From Eubacteriales bacterium (lineage in GTDB: Bacteria > Bacillota > Clostridia > Christensenellales > Aristaeellaceae), in the NCBI GenBank assembly GCA_030532025.1, contig JAUNLY010000001.1, positions 1 to 62,071 on the forward strand: a stretch of DNA of 62,071 nt. Reading direction: 5' to 3'. A program made the position numbers and the translations under genes. Under the pieces are notes generated by a model. The model was not told the origin of the DNA. It ran no database searches and saw only the letters and a program-made list of their open reading frames with translations. Numbering within the stretch: position 1 is the stretch's first letter; each line of letters opens with the position of its first letter. Shown here in pieces: positions 52,667 to 62,020 of the stretch.

Positions 52667-53398
52667 ATGGCATTGTTAAAATGTACGCATTATGCTGAAA
52701 CTTTGTCTATGAACTGCGATTTTTATGCGGTGTTGCCGGAAAATGCGGTGGCGCCGTACAAAACGGTATATCTTTTGCATGGATTATCGGATAATTCCAC
52801 ATGTTGGCTTCGCTATACTTCCTGTGAGCGCTATGCTAAAGCCAATAACTTGGCGCTGATAATGCCTGACGGCGGCAGGAGCTTTTATACAGACATGAAA
52901 AAAGGCTCAAAGTATTATAGCTATTTAACAGAAGAGTTACCCGTGCAGTGTGAACGCTTTTTTCCATCGCTCAGCACAAAAAGGGAGGATCGCTTTATAG
53001 CGGGGCTTTCAATGGGTGGCTATGGAGCTTTAAAGGCGGCTTTAAATAGCAATTTGTTTTCAAAATGCGCCGCGTTTTCCGCCGTGACGGATATAAAGGC
53101 ACGCATGAATACAAAGGACAGGCGTTCGTTCTTTGAAGATATATTCGGAACGGAAGAAGAGTTCACAAACTCCATAAACGATATATATTTTACCGCTAAA
53201 GAAAAAACCACGGATAAACCCCAAATATTTATGTCCTGTGGGACTGAAGACGAGCTATATAAAGAAAACCTTGATTTTTATAAACACCTTATTTCTTTGG
53301 GGTACGATATAAAGTCATTGCGTCAAACGGGCGGGCATACATGGGACAACTGGGACACTGCCTGCGAAATCGCATTCAAGTGGTTTTTGGAGGTTTAA
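52667..53398 (+). CDS. Esterase family protein (Esterase D / 'putative esterase' PF00756-like)
   Basis: 'YLLHGLSDN', nucleophile elbow 'GLSMGGYGA' and a C-terminal 'GGHTW' His. Confidence 0.8.
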   Translation: MALLKCTHYAETLSMNCDFYAVLPENAVAPYKTVYLLHGLSDNSTCWLRYTSCERYAKANNLALIMPDGGRSFYTDMKKGSKYYSYLTEELPVQCERFFPSLSTKREDRFIAGLSMGGYGALKAALNSNLFSKCAAFSAVTDIKARMNTKDRRSFFEDIFGTEEEFTNSINDIYFTAKEKTTDKPQIFMSCGTEDELYKENLDFYKHLISLGYDIKSLRQTGGHTWDNWDTACEIAFKWFLEV

Positions 53399-53399
53399 T

Positions 53400-54164
53400 A
53401 TGGCGTTTATAGAATTAAATTTTTTCTCGGAAGTATTAAAAAAGGAAGAAACCGTCAATGTGATATTCCCTCATGGGGATTATACGGACCCTAATTTCCC
53501 TCCCCGCAAAACGCTCTATCTGTTGCACGGTGCTTTTGGAAACTATAACGATTGGATACGTCGCACGAGCATAGAGCGCTATGCGCAGGAAAAAGGCTTG
53601 TGCGTTGTAATGCCGAGCGGTTATCTTTCCGGCTATATGGATATGCGCCATGGTGGCAGTTTTTATAAATATATAGTAGACGAATTGCCACAAAAAATGA
53701 GAAGCTTTTTCCCGCTTTCAGATAAGCGAGAAGACAACTATATAGCGGGGCTTTCTATGGGTGGCACGGGTTCACTTATTCTGGGGCTATCACGACCGGA
53801 GCAGTACAGTGTAATAGCTTCGCTCTCTGCAGGTATGGAATACCTGTACGGTTTTTTAGATGACGATATTATTTTAGACGAAAGAAGTGGCGAACAGGAA
53901 TATAGGATAAACGTGTTTGAAAACGCAAGAAAAATAGCTGCGGGCGAAAAACCGCCCGTTAGGTTGTTTGTTTCATGCGGTACGGAGGACGGCTTGTTGC
54001 CAAAGGCGCGCGCGACAAGGGATTATATTGAGTCCCTAAAGGGCGATGGCATAGTTTTTAGCTACCACGAATCTGAAGGCCATCATAACTGGGTTTTTTG
54101 GGATAGAGAAATAAAGCACTTCATAGATTTTCTTGAGCTTCCAAATATAAGCGACGTGCATTGA
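53400..54164 (+). CDS. Esterase family protein, tandem paralog
   Basis: 'YLLHGAFGN', 'GLSMGGTGS' and 'EGHHNW'. It starts 1 nt after the stop of the upstream paralog. Confidence 0.8.
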   Translation: MAFIELNFFSEVLKKEETVNVIFPHGDYTDPNFPPRKTLYLLHGAFGNYNDWIRRTSIERYAQEKGLCVVMPSGYLSGYMDMRHGGSFYKYIVDELPQKMRSFFPLSDKREDNYIAGLSMGGTGSLILGLSRPEQYSVIASLSAGMEYLYGFLDDDIILDERSGEQEYRINVFENARKIAAGEKPPVRLFVSCGTEDGLLPKARATRDYIESLKGDGIVFSYHESEGHHNWVFWDREIKHFIDFLELPNISDVH

Positions 54165-54320
54165 TAAATATACTCAATTAATAAATATACTTAAATCAGC
54201 GTAGTTTTAATATATCTTCCACAATTTTACGCCATGGCTCTATTTAGTGTTATTATAAAGTCAAAAACTAAACAAAAGTCCTTATTTAACTTTCTGCTAT
54301 TAAAAAGACAGCCTTTTTGA

Positions 54321-54476
54321 TGCTAATTTTAATCATCTATGCTTTGATAAACTGTTTTTTGGGTTTTGCTTTGCCTTATTTAGGGCTTAAGCTAAAGTTT
54401 TGTCTACATCATTTGGCTTTGCAAAAAACTGCCTAACTCAATTCGCTTTGATGTGTTCGATTAGTATTGCATGGGC
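54321..54476. repeat. MITE-like palindromic intergenic repeat, copy C (diverged)
   Basis: TGCTAATTTT...ATGCTTTGATAAACTG...TTTTGCTTTGCC...TTGGCTTTGCAAAAAA...CGATTAGTA. Same length as copy B. Confidence 0.6.
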
Positions 54477-54509
54477 TGTTTTTTATATGATTATAAATAT
54501 CAGCACCCC

Positions 54510-54538
54510 TTGCAAAGTTGGTGTCACAAGGGTAGAAT
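54510..54538 (+). promoter_or_regulatory. Sigma-A promoter of the SIS-DUF1846 operon
   Basis: TTGCAA(54510-15), a 17-nt spacer, TAGAAT(54533-38). The inverted repeat CCCTTG...CAAGGG spans the spacer. Confidence 0.5.
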
Positions 54539-54567
54539 GGTAAAAAAATGTTTTAAGGAGTATTAAG

Positions 54568-56331
54568 ATGGATTACAGGCAGGCGGCAAAAGAATTTTGT
54601 GAAAAAGAAACGCAGTTTCACTTAGGCGTTATACCGACGGAGCAGTCAAACCCCATTACCAAAAACCTGAGCGCTACAATAGCTAAGGATACGGCGGCGG
54701 GCGTTAAGTGCGTGCTGGACGCAGACGTAAACATAGCCAAAGTCGCAAGGGAAGCTTTTAAGAGCGAAGAATATAAGGCGCTTGTTAAAGATATAGTCCG
54801 CTGTATGGACGAGGGGAAGACAGTCCTGTTTTCAAGTGTCGGTGCATCAGGCAGAATGGCAATACAGCTTGATGCTACATGGCGCAAATACTTCCTTAAT
54901 CTAACTCAAATACTTCCAAAATATAAAGATGTATTTATAAGGCTTATGGAGGTTACAAACAGCCTTACAACCGGCGGCGATAGGGCGCTTGTGCAGGCGG
55001 TTGAAAACTTCGAAGACTATATGACATTTGGCGCGCGCCAAATAGTAGAGGCTGGTGTCGGCGAAGGGGACGTTGTTGTAGCCCTTTCCGAATGCGGGCT
55101 TTCCGCCTCTATAAACGGTTCTGCGGTGGAAGCGGACAAGCGTGGCTGCAACACCTATTACCTTTACTGTAACCCGAAAGAAATACTCACAAAGCATCTT
55201 GAGCGCAGCCGCAAGGTTTTCGAAAGAGAAAATATAATATTTATGCCTTTGTATGTCGGCAATATGGCAGTTGCTGGTTCCACAAGAATGCAGGTAACCA
55301 CAATAGAATTGCTCGTTGCGGGCGCAGCCCTTGAAATGGCTGCGGATATTTGGCTCAAGAAAACGCTTACAGAAGAAGAATACTCCTGCCTTGGCACGGT
55401 TTCATTAAGCGGAGACGGCTATGCTGACGCGTTTGAAAATTTGAGCAGGGATTTACGCCAAGGCGAAGCCTTAAAAGGCCTTGCAAAAGCGGTGGAGCTT
55501 GAAGCGGACACCTACACAAAAGGCGGTCTTATAAGCTATACCACGCATGAATACCTTTTAGATATTATGACAGATACCACGGAGCGCCAGCCCACATTTA
55601 CTTTACCGCCTTTTAGAAAAAAAGGACAAACAGGGCCATTAAGCTGGGCATACATAAAAGACCCGCTTTATCCTAGCGATGTGGCATGGCAGCACGTGTT
55701 CCTACGACCTGTAAAAGGCCTTGACTGGAGTGTGGAAGACTATATAGAAATGCAGGCCGCGCAGGACATTATAGATAACCCACCAAAGGTAGGCGGGGAA
55801 GAAGTATTTAAATACGACATAGGTAACAGCAGCGACGAAAGCCGTTGGGAGAAGCGCCCCGCAGGGCTTATAAGCGTCGACATAAACGGCTCTTTCCACA
55901 AAAAAGCGCAGGAATGGGCGAATAAAGAGAGCAATAATTTTGATTTTACTGCGGCTTTCCGCTTTGGCGATATACCGGAAGGCAAAATATCAGAAAACGA
56001 AATACATGTACCTGTTGATGTTCCTCGCACGAGCATGGAGCTTATGAGCCATATGATGGTAAAGCTTGCCTTTAACGTGTTAAGCACCGCCACCATGGCT
56101 AAAATGGGCAGAGTGTGGGGCAACTGGATGATACAGGTTCTTCCCACGAACAAAAAACTAATAGACCGCAGCACAAGAATTATAGCCAACCTTATGGGTA
56201 TACCCTACGAACAGGCCTGCGAGGAGTTTTTCAAGAGCTATTACTCAAGGGAGGAAGGACAGGAATACCGCGAAAGCTATGTAGTTGAAACGCTTAACCG
56301 CTTGGGGTTTGACCCTAAGGAGGAAAGGTAA
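54568..56331 (+). CDS. GCKR/MurQ-like SIS-domain protein (587 aa, double-length)
   Basis: 'SVGASGRMAIQLDA', 'VVVALSECGLSASINGS' and 'AGSTRMQVTTIELL' align by eye to MurQ/GCKR SIS motifs. A long C-terminal extension follows. Confidence 0.55.
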   Translation: MDYRQAAKEFCEKETQFHLGVIPTEQSNPITKNLSATIAKDTAAGVKCVLDADVNIAKVAREAFKSEEYKALVKDIVRCMDEGKTVLFSSVGASGRMAIQLDATWRKYFLNLTQILPKYKDVFIRLMEVTNSLTTGGDRALVQAVENFEDYMTFGARQIVEAGVGEGDVVVALSECGLSASINGSAVEADKRGCNTYYLYCNPKEILTKHLERSRKVFERENIIFMPLYVGNMAVAGSTRMQVTTIELLVAGAALEMAADIWLKKTLTEEEYSCLGTVSLSGDGYADAFENLSRDLRQGEALKGLAKAVELEADTYTKGGLISYTTHEYLLDIMTDTTERQPTFTLPPFRKKGQTGPLSWAYIKDPLYPSDVAWQHVFLRPVKGLDWSVEDYIEMQAAQDIIDNPPKVGGEEVFKYDIGNSSDESRWEKRPAGLISVDINGSFHKKAQEWANKESNNFDFTAAFRFGDIPEGKISENEIHVPVDVPRTSMELMSHMMVKLAFNVLSTATMAKMGRVWGNWMIQVLPTNKKLIDRSTRIIANLMGIPYEQACEEFFKSYYSREEGQEYRESYVVETLNRLGFDPKEER

Positions 56332-57812
56332 TGCGCTTAGGCTTTGACAGCGAAAAATACAAAGAGCTGCAGTCCGCCGAAATACAAAAGTGCATAGAAT
56401 ATTTTAACGGTAAGCTCTATCTTGAGCTTGGCGGCAAACTCTTTGACGACTTCCACGCTTCAAGAGTATTGCCGGGCTTTAAACCCGACAGCAAAATAAG
56501 CATGCTCCTTGAAATGAAAGAGCAAAGCGAAATAATAGTGTGCATAAGCGCCTCCGACATAGAAAAAAACAAGACGAGAGGGGACTTGGGCATCACATAC
56601 GACGCGGATGTACTGCGCCTTATAGATGCCTTTACGGCATGCGGTTTCTTGGTGTCGGGCGTTGTTATAACACAGTACGACAAGCAGAAAAGTGCACAGA
56701 ACTTTAGACGCAGGCTAAAAAGCCAAGGCATGAACGTATACATACACTACCCAATACCGGGCTACCCTTCGGACACGGCTTTGGTCGTGTCCGACAAGGG
56801 TTACGGCAAGAACGATTTTGTTGTAACGGAGCGTCCTTTGGTGCTGGTTACGGCTCCGGGGCCGGGCTCTGGTAAAATGGCAGTCTGCTTAAGTCAGCTT
56901 TACCACGAACACAAAAACGGCAAAAAAGCGGGTTATGCCAAGTTTGAAACATTCCCCATATGGAATTTACCGCTCAATCACCCGATAAATATGGCATACG
57001 AAGCCGCCACCGTGGATTTAGGCGATGTAAATATGATAGATCCATACCACCTGCAAGCGTATAATGCTCAGGCGGTAAACTACAACAGGGATATAGAAGT
57101 ATTTCCTTTACTTAATAATATATTTAAGCTTATATTGGGGGAATCGCCCTATCAATCGCCCACGGATATGGGTGTTAACATGGTTGCTGATGCAATCATC
57201 GATGAAGAAGCCTGCATAGAAGCCGCCAAGCAGGAAGTAATACGCAGGCTCTATACTGCGCTTTGCGAACAACGCAAAGGCATAAGCGGCGATGACGAGG
57301 TAAACAAACTAAGGCTTATAGCCCAGCATTTGGAACTTACTGATTTAGATAGGCCTGTACTTATAGCGGCAAGAAAAAGAGCGCAGCAGACGGGAGCTCC
57401 CGCGGCTGCGATACAGCTGCATGACGGCACTGTTATAACTTCTAAAACGAGCTCGCTTCTTGGAGCTTCTGCTGCACTTATATTGAATGCGCTTAAATAC
57501 CTTGCAGGCATCGAAAAGCCCAAAAAGCTTATACCGCCGGAGGTAATAGGCCCTGTTCAAAGCCTTAAATGCGATTACTTGGGCAACAACAACCCGCGCC
57601 TTCATAGCGACGAAATACTGATAGCCCTTTCAATAACCGCCGCAGAAAGCGAGGAAGCCATGCTTGCTATGAAGCAGCTACCAAAGCTTAAAGGTACGGA
57701 GGTTCACACCTCTGTAATACTGTCACAGGTAGACGAAAACATATTCAGACGCCTTGGCGTAAACCTAACGAGCGAACCGCAGTACCAAACCAAAAAGCTT
57801 TATCATAGGTAA
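56331..57812 (+). CDS. DUF1846 / UPF0371 family protein
   Basis: N-terminus 'GFDSEKYKELQSAEI...KLYLELGGKLFDDFHASRVLPGFKPDSK' is characteristic of UPF0371. TAATG overlap with the SIS gene. Confidence 0.75.
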   Translation: MRLGFDSEKYKELQSAEIQKCIEYFNGKLYLELGGKLFDDFHASRVLPGFKPDSKISMLLEMKEQSEIIVCISASDIEKNKTRGDLGITYDADVLRLIDAFTACGFLVSGVVITQYDKQKSAQNFRRRLKSQGMNVYIHYPIPGYPSDTALVVSDKGYGKNDFVVTERPLVLVTAPGPGSGKMAVCLSQLYHEHKNGKKAGYAKFETFPIWNLPLNHPINMAYEAATVDLGDVNMIDPYHLQAYNAQAVNYNRDIEVFPLLNNIFKLILGESPYQSPTDMGVNMVADAIIDEEACIEAAKQEVIRRLYTALCEQRKGISGDDEVNKLRLIAQHLELTDLDRPVLIAARKRAQQTGAPAAAIQLHDGTVITSKTSSLLGASAALILNALKYLAGIEKPKKLIPPEVIGPVQSLKCDYLGNNNPRLHSDEILIALSITAAESEEAMLAMKQLPKLKGTEVHTSVILSQVDENIFRRLGVNLTSEPQYQTKKLYHR

Positions 57813-57925
57813 TAATGATAACTATAGCTTTATTCGCCGTATTAGCACTTAATGTGTGCTGTGTACCCTTAGTATAATTTGTCCTATATCGGTTTACTGT
57901 GTTACAATATTAGACGGGGGTTTTT

Positions 57926-58396
57926 ATGAGAGGATTTTTTAGGAATCTGTTTCCCAAAAACGAAGGTTATATATACCTATCATTACATAATAAATTGCCC
58001 CAAGAAGCCGAATTAGGGCTTAAATACACGCTTGTGTATAATATATGCTTAAAACAAAGAGTGGCAAAACACAACGTGGGCTATATAAGCCTTAGGGTGG
58101 GGGAAAGCCCGGCGCTTTATTATTTGGGCCATGTGGGATACCGCATAGACCCAGAATATCGAGGGCACGGCTATGCAGCAAAGGCGGTGGAACTTATAAA
58201 GCAACCTGCATATAGTGCCAATATGCGCAGCCTTGTTATTACCTGCGATGTGGATAATATGGCTTCCCGAAAAACTTGCTTAAACTCAGGTTGCGAGTTT
58301 GAACAGATAGTGGACGTGCCTTTGCAGTATCACGAAATATGTATGGATTCCAAGAAAAAGTGTCGCTATATTCTTTTTACCGAGGAGGAAATTTGA
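57926..58396 (+). CDS. GNAT family N-acetyltransferase
   Basis: 'GYRIDPEYRGHGYAAKAVELI' acetyl-CoA-binding motif A. 156 aa. Confidence 0.75.
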   Translation: MRGFFRNLFPKNEGYIYLSLHNKLPQEAELGLKYTLVYNICLKQRVAKHNVGYISLRVGESPALYYLGHVGYRIDPEYRGHGYAAKAVELIKQPAYSANMRSLVITCDVDNMASRKTCLNSGCEFEQIVDVPLQYHEICMDSKKKCRYILFTEEEI

Positions 58397-59172
58397 ACAC
58401 TGCAATTAAAGGTTTAAAAACCTTCTATATTAATACTGGGAACACGGGCAAGGAGAACCTGCTCGTGCTACACGGCTGGGGTGCAGATGTAGGCACCATG
58501 ATGCCCATAATAAATATACTTAAAGAATATTATAATGTAATAGCATTTGACTTCCCTGCACATGGCGGAACCGAGATGCCAAATGGCGATTGGACGGTTA
58601 AAGACTATGCGGATTTTACTATGGGCCTTATTAATGAGCTTAAAATAAAAAAATGTCATGTTTTGGCTCATTCCTTCGGTGCGCGCATAGCCGTAGAAAT
58701 TGCTGCAAACAAGCCCGAAGTTTTTGATAAAATAATATTGACAGGCGCTGCAGGACTAAAAAAACCGCAAACCGCAAAGCAAAGGCGCAGGCAGACGAGC
58801 TATAAAGTAATGGTTGGCTTTTATAAATTATTATCCAAAATACCTTTTATAAAGGCAAAAGCACTTGCGTTAATTGACGAATTAAGGCAAAAGCATTCCT
58901 CAAAGGATTATCTGGCGCTTCCTAAAGGCATGCACCAAACATTCAAAAACATAGTGTCTTACGACCAAAAATCGTTGCTTAAAAAAATTAAGAACAATGT
59001 GCTTCTCATATGGGGTAGAGACGATAGTGAAACAACGCTTTGGGCGGCGGAGATTTTCCGCACAGAAATTCCAAACAGCAGGCTTGTTATAATGCAGGGC
59101 GGTCATTTTGTTTTTACAAGCTATCCCGCCGCATTCTGCGATTTTGTGCTTGATTTCTTAGGGGAGGACTGA
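58393..59172 (+). CDS. Alpha/beta hydrolase
   Basis: 'LLVLHGWGAD', nucleophile elbow 'AHSFGARIA' and C-terminal 'GGHF'. The likely start is the TTG at 58393, after GAGGAGGA, overlapping the GNAT stop. Confidence 0.7.
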   Translation: MNTAIKGLKTFYINTGNTGKENLLVLHGWGADVGTMMPIINILKEYYNVIAFDFPAHGGTEMPNGDWTVKDYADFTMGLINELKIKKCHVLAHSFGARIAVEIAANKPEVFDKIILTGAAGLKKPQTAKQRRRQTSYKVMVGFYKLLSKIPFIKAKALALIDELRQKHSSKDYLALPKGMHQTFKNIVSYDQKSLLKKIKNNVLLIWGRDDSETTLWAAEIFRTEIPNSRLVIMQGGHFVFTSYPAAFCDFVLDFLGED

Positions 59173-59174
59173 AA

Positions 59175-60785
59175 TTGCTTAGTCAAATTGCCTTAATATT
59201 GCTGTGGTATGCGCCGGCTGTGGCGCTTATGCTTACAACGCCCATAACGCTTATGTATTTCCAGCTTAGCAGCTACCAGTTTAGAGGTTTTTTATCCGCC
59301 GTAAAAAGACAGCGTCGGCGTGTATGGTTGCCGGGTGTTGCATTAAGCCTAATAAGCCTTGTTGTATGCTTTTTGTCGGATTTGCTTTTTAGATTGGGCG
59401 GCGCTTGGAAGGTTTTAGCCCCTCTTATTGGCGCTCTTATAATAGTTTTTTCTGGCAAATTTATAGGCAAAAAAACATATTTAAGCCGCGAGGGTAAGAG
59501 CAGTCTTAACTTCACCACGCGTATTAAACGCTTCTATGCAGCACTTTTTATACTGTTGTTTGTTGTGTTTTACATAGTGCGCAAAAACGCCCCCATGCTT
59601 GGCATAAATGCGCTTATGGTTTTACCCCTACCGATATGGGTGTTTTTAGCTGCTATACTTGTGTGGCCTGTTGAACGGCTTGTCTATGAGCTTTATTTCC
59701 AAGACGCAAAGCGCATATTAAAAGAGCGCGATGATGTTTTGGTTATAGGCGTTACGGGTAGCTACGGTAAAACGAGCGTTAAATTTTTTATAAAAACACT
59801 GCTCGACCAAAAATACAACGTTTTATGTTCCCGCGGTAGCCAAAACACGCCTATGGGCATAGCAACCTGTATAAGGAACGACCTTATGCCGTCGCACAAC
59901 GTGTTTGTCGCAGAGCTTGGCGCACGCCATAGGGGAGATATAAAAGAGCTTTGCCGCCTTTTAAACCCTAAAATAGGCGTGCTTACAAGCGTAGGCCCCC
60001 AGCACCTTGAAACATTCGGTAGCCTTGAAGCTGTAAAACAAACCAAGTACGATTTAATACGTGCCCTTCCAAAAGACGGCTTTGCGGTATTTGGAGAAGA
60101 CCATGCCTTGGTACATACCCTGTATGAGCAAACCCGCATAAATAAAGCGATAGCAGGCGATAACGGGGAAGACATATGGGCAGAAGACCTGCAGGAGACA
60201 GGACGGGACACGCAGTTTACACTTTGCACCAAACAAGGCAAAAGAATACCGGTAAGAATGCACCTAAGGGGTGCCCATTTTTCGGGCAACGCCTTAATAG
60301 CGGCAGCGGTTGCCTTGCACCTTAATTTAAGCGACAGGCAGATTATGCACGGCATGGAGCTTTTATACCCAATACGCCACCGCTTCAAGGTAGAAACCGG
60401 AGCAGACGGTGTACACAGGATAAACAACGGCTACAACGCAAACCCCGTAAGCTCGGAGCAAACATTGGCGGAGCTTAAAAAGCCGCAGTATAACGGCCGC
60501 CGCATAGTTGTAACGCCGGGCTTTGTGGAGCTTGGCTTTGAAGAAGAACGCTATAACAGGGAGCTTGGCGCAAACATAGCCGCAACGGCAGACATAGTTC
60601 TGCTCGTTGGTAAAAAGCGAACCTTACCAATAGCCGAGGGACTTATAAACGCTGGCTTTAACGCAGAAGCCATACACAGCTTTGATTCCCTTAAAGAAGC
60701 AAATGCCTATTACGAAACCATAAAAGCCGCAGGCGACTATGTTCTTTACGAGAACGATCTGCCCGACCACTACAGCGAGGTGTAA
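59175..60785 (+). CDS. MurF-like Mur ligase with an N-terminal polytopic membrane domain
   Basis: TTG start after GGGGAGGA. About 5 hydrophobic helices in aa 1-170. P-loop 'GVTGSYGKTS', then 'NNGYNANPVS' and 'TPGFVELG' MurF-type motifs. ddl follows directly. Confidence 0.65.
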   Translation: MLSQIALILLWYAPAVALMLTTPITLMYFQLSSYQFRGFLSAVKRQRRRVWLPGVALSLISLVVCFLSDLLFRLGGAWKVLAPLIGALIIVFSGKFIGKKTYLSREGKSSLNFTTRIKRFYAALFILLFVVFYIVRKNAPMLGINALMVLPLPIWVFLAAILVWPVERLVYELYFQDAKRILKERDDVLVIGVTGSYGKTSVKFFIKTLLDQKYNVLCSRGSQNTPMGIATCIRNDLMPSHNVFVAELGARHRGDIKELCRLLNPKIGVLTSVGPQHLETFGSLEAVKQTKYDLIRALPKDGFAVFGEDHALVHTLYEQTRINKAIAGDNGEDIWAEDLQETGRDTQFTLCTKQGKRIPVRMHLRGAHFSGNALIAAAVALHLNLSDRQIMHGMELLYPIRHRFKVETGADGVHRINNGYNANPVSSEQTLAELKKPQYNGRRIVVTPGFVELGFEEERYNRELGANIAATADIVLLVGKKRTLPIAEGLINAGFNAEAIHSFDSLKEANAYYETIKAAGDYVLYENDLPDHYSEV

Positions 60786-60786
60786 T

Positions 60787-61998
60787 ATGAAAAAAATACA
60801 ACTGGGAATACTGTTTGGCGGTCGCACATGCGAGCACGAAGTATCCGTAATAAGCGCATTACAGCTATCCCGCGCGGTGGACTTATACCGTTACGATCTA
60901 TATCCCATATATATAAATAAAAATGGCGAATGGTTCTGCGGGGACGGCCTTTTAGACCTTTCCAACTACCGAGAGCCGATACTGTTTTCACAACCCGGTC
61001 TATACGAAAAATGTACGCTTGACATTACTACACACTCAGGTGCGCTTACCGTTTGGCAACAGGGTAAAGGTCTTTTTGGTAAAGCAAAAACCAAAATAAT
61101 AACGCATTTGGACGTCATAATACCTGTTATGCACGGCCTGCACGGGGAGGACGGCAGCCTTCAAGGCATGCTTGAGCTTGCAGACATACCCTATTCCTCA
61201 ACAGGCATTGTGGGTTCTTCCGCCGGCATGGATAAAATAATTATGAAACAGGTATTTAGGGGGGCTGACATACCCGTCCTTCAAGACACAAGCATACTCA
61301 GAAGCGAATATATGCAGGATAAAAATGCAGTGGTCAAGCAGATAGAAGAAAAGCTTGAGTACCCCGTATTTGTAAAGCCCAGCAATTTAGGCTCCTCAAT
61401 AGGTATAAGCCGCGCTGACAACAGGGAAGAGCTTATTTTAGCCATAGACTTAGCCTGTGAGTACGACAGGCGTATACTTATAGAAAAAGGCCTTGATAGA
61501 CCCATAGAAGTAAACTGCTCAGTACTGGGTTTCGATAAAGAAATTCGTGCTTCAGTTCTTGAAATGCCATCAACCGGTGGGCGCGCTTTAAGTTTTTTTG
61601 ACAAATATCTGCGCGATGGCGGTGGCAAGGGCATGGCGTCCTTAAGCCGCATAATACCCGCGCCCATAGGGGAAGAGATGACAGAGCAAATTAAACAGCT
61701 TTCAAAAAAGGTGTTCAGGCTTCTTGACTGCAAAGGTGTTGTGCGCATAGACTGGATGATAGATGTAAACACAGAAGAACTATACATTACAGAAATAAAT
61801 ACCATACCGGGCTCCATGGCCTTTTATCTATGGAATAAGTCAGACCCGCCCATACGCTACCCAAAGCTTATAGATATGCTTGTAAAATATGCAATTCAAG
61901 CCCATACCATGAAAAATGAAAACAACTACGCATTCCAGTCAGACCTTTTCTCTAAGATGAGTCTCACAGGTTCAAAGGGCAGCAAAAGCAGCGTATAA
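60787..61998 (+). CDS. ddl: D-alanine--D-alanine ligase
   Basis: 'LGILFGGRTCEHEVSVISA', 'HGLHGEDGSLQGMLEL', ATP-grasp 'VFVKPSNLGSSIGIS' and 'ITEINTIPG'. The ATG at 60787 is 1 nt after the upstream stop. Confidence 0.92.
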   Translation: MKKIQLGILFGGRTCEHEVSVISALQLSRAVDLYRYDLYPIYINKNGEWFCGDGLLDLSNYREPILFSQPGLYEKCTLDITTHSGALTVWQQGKGLFGKAKTKIITHLDVIIPVMHGLHGEDGSLQGMLELADIPYSSTGIVGSSAGMDKIIMKQVFRGADIPVLQDTSILRSEYMQDKNAVVKQIEEKLEYPVFVKPSNLGSSIGISRADNREELILAIDLACEYDRRILIEKGLDRPIEVNCSVLGFDKEIRASVLEMPSTGGRALSFFDKYLRDGGGKGMASLSRIIPAPIGEEMTEQIKQLSKKVFRLLDCKGVVRIDWMIDVNTEELYITEINTIPGSMAFYLWNKSDPPIRYPKLIDMLVKYAIQAHTMKNENNYAFQSDLFSKMSLTGSKGSKSSV

Positions 61999-62020
61999 GC
62001 GTCATATAGTTTGTAGCTAA

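Noticed and set aside
52667-54164. The tandem esterase duplication as a novel system.
   Set aside because: Both are ordinary GLSMGG 'putative esterase' family members. Tandem paralogs of this family are common, and nothing unusual is visible apart from the flanking repeats.
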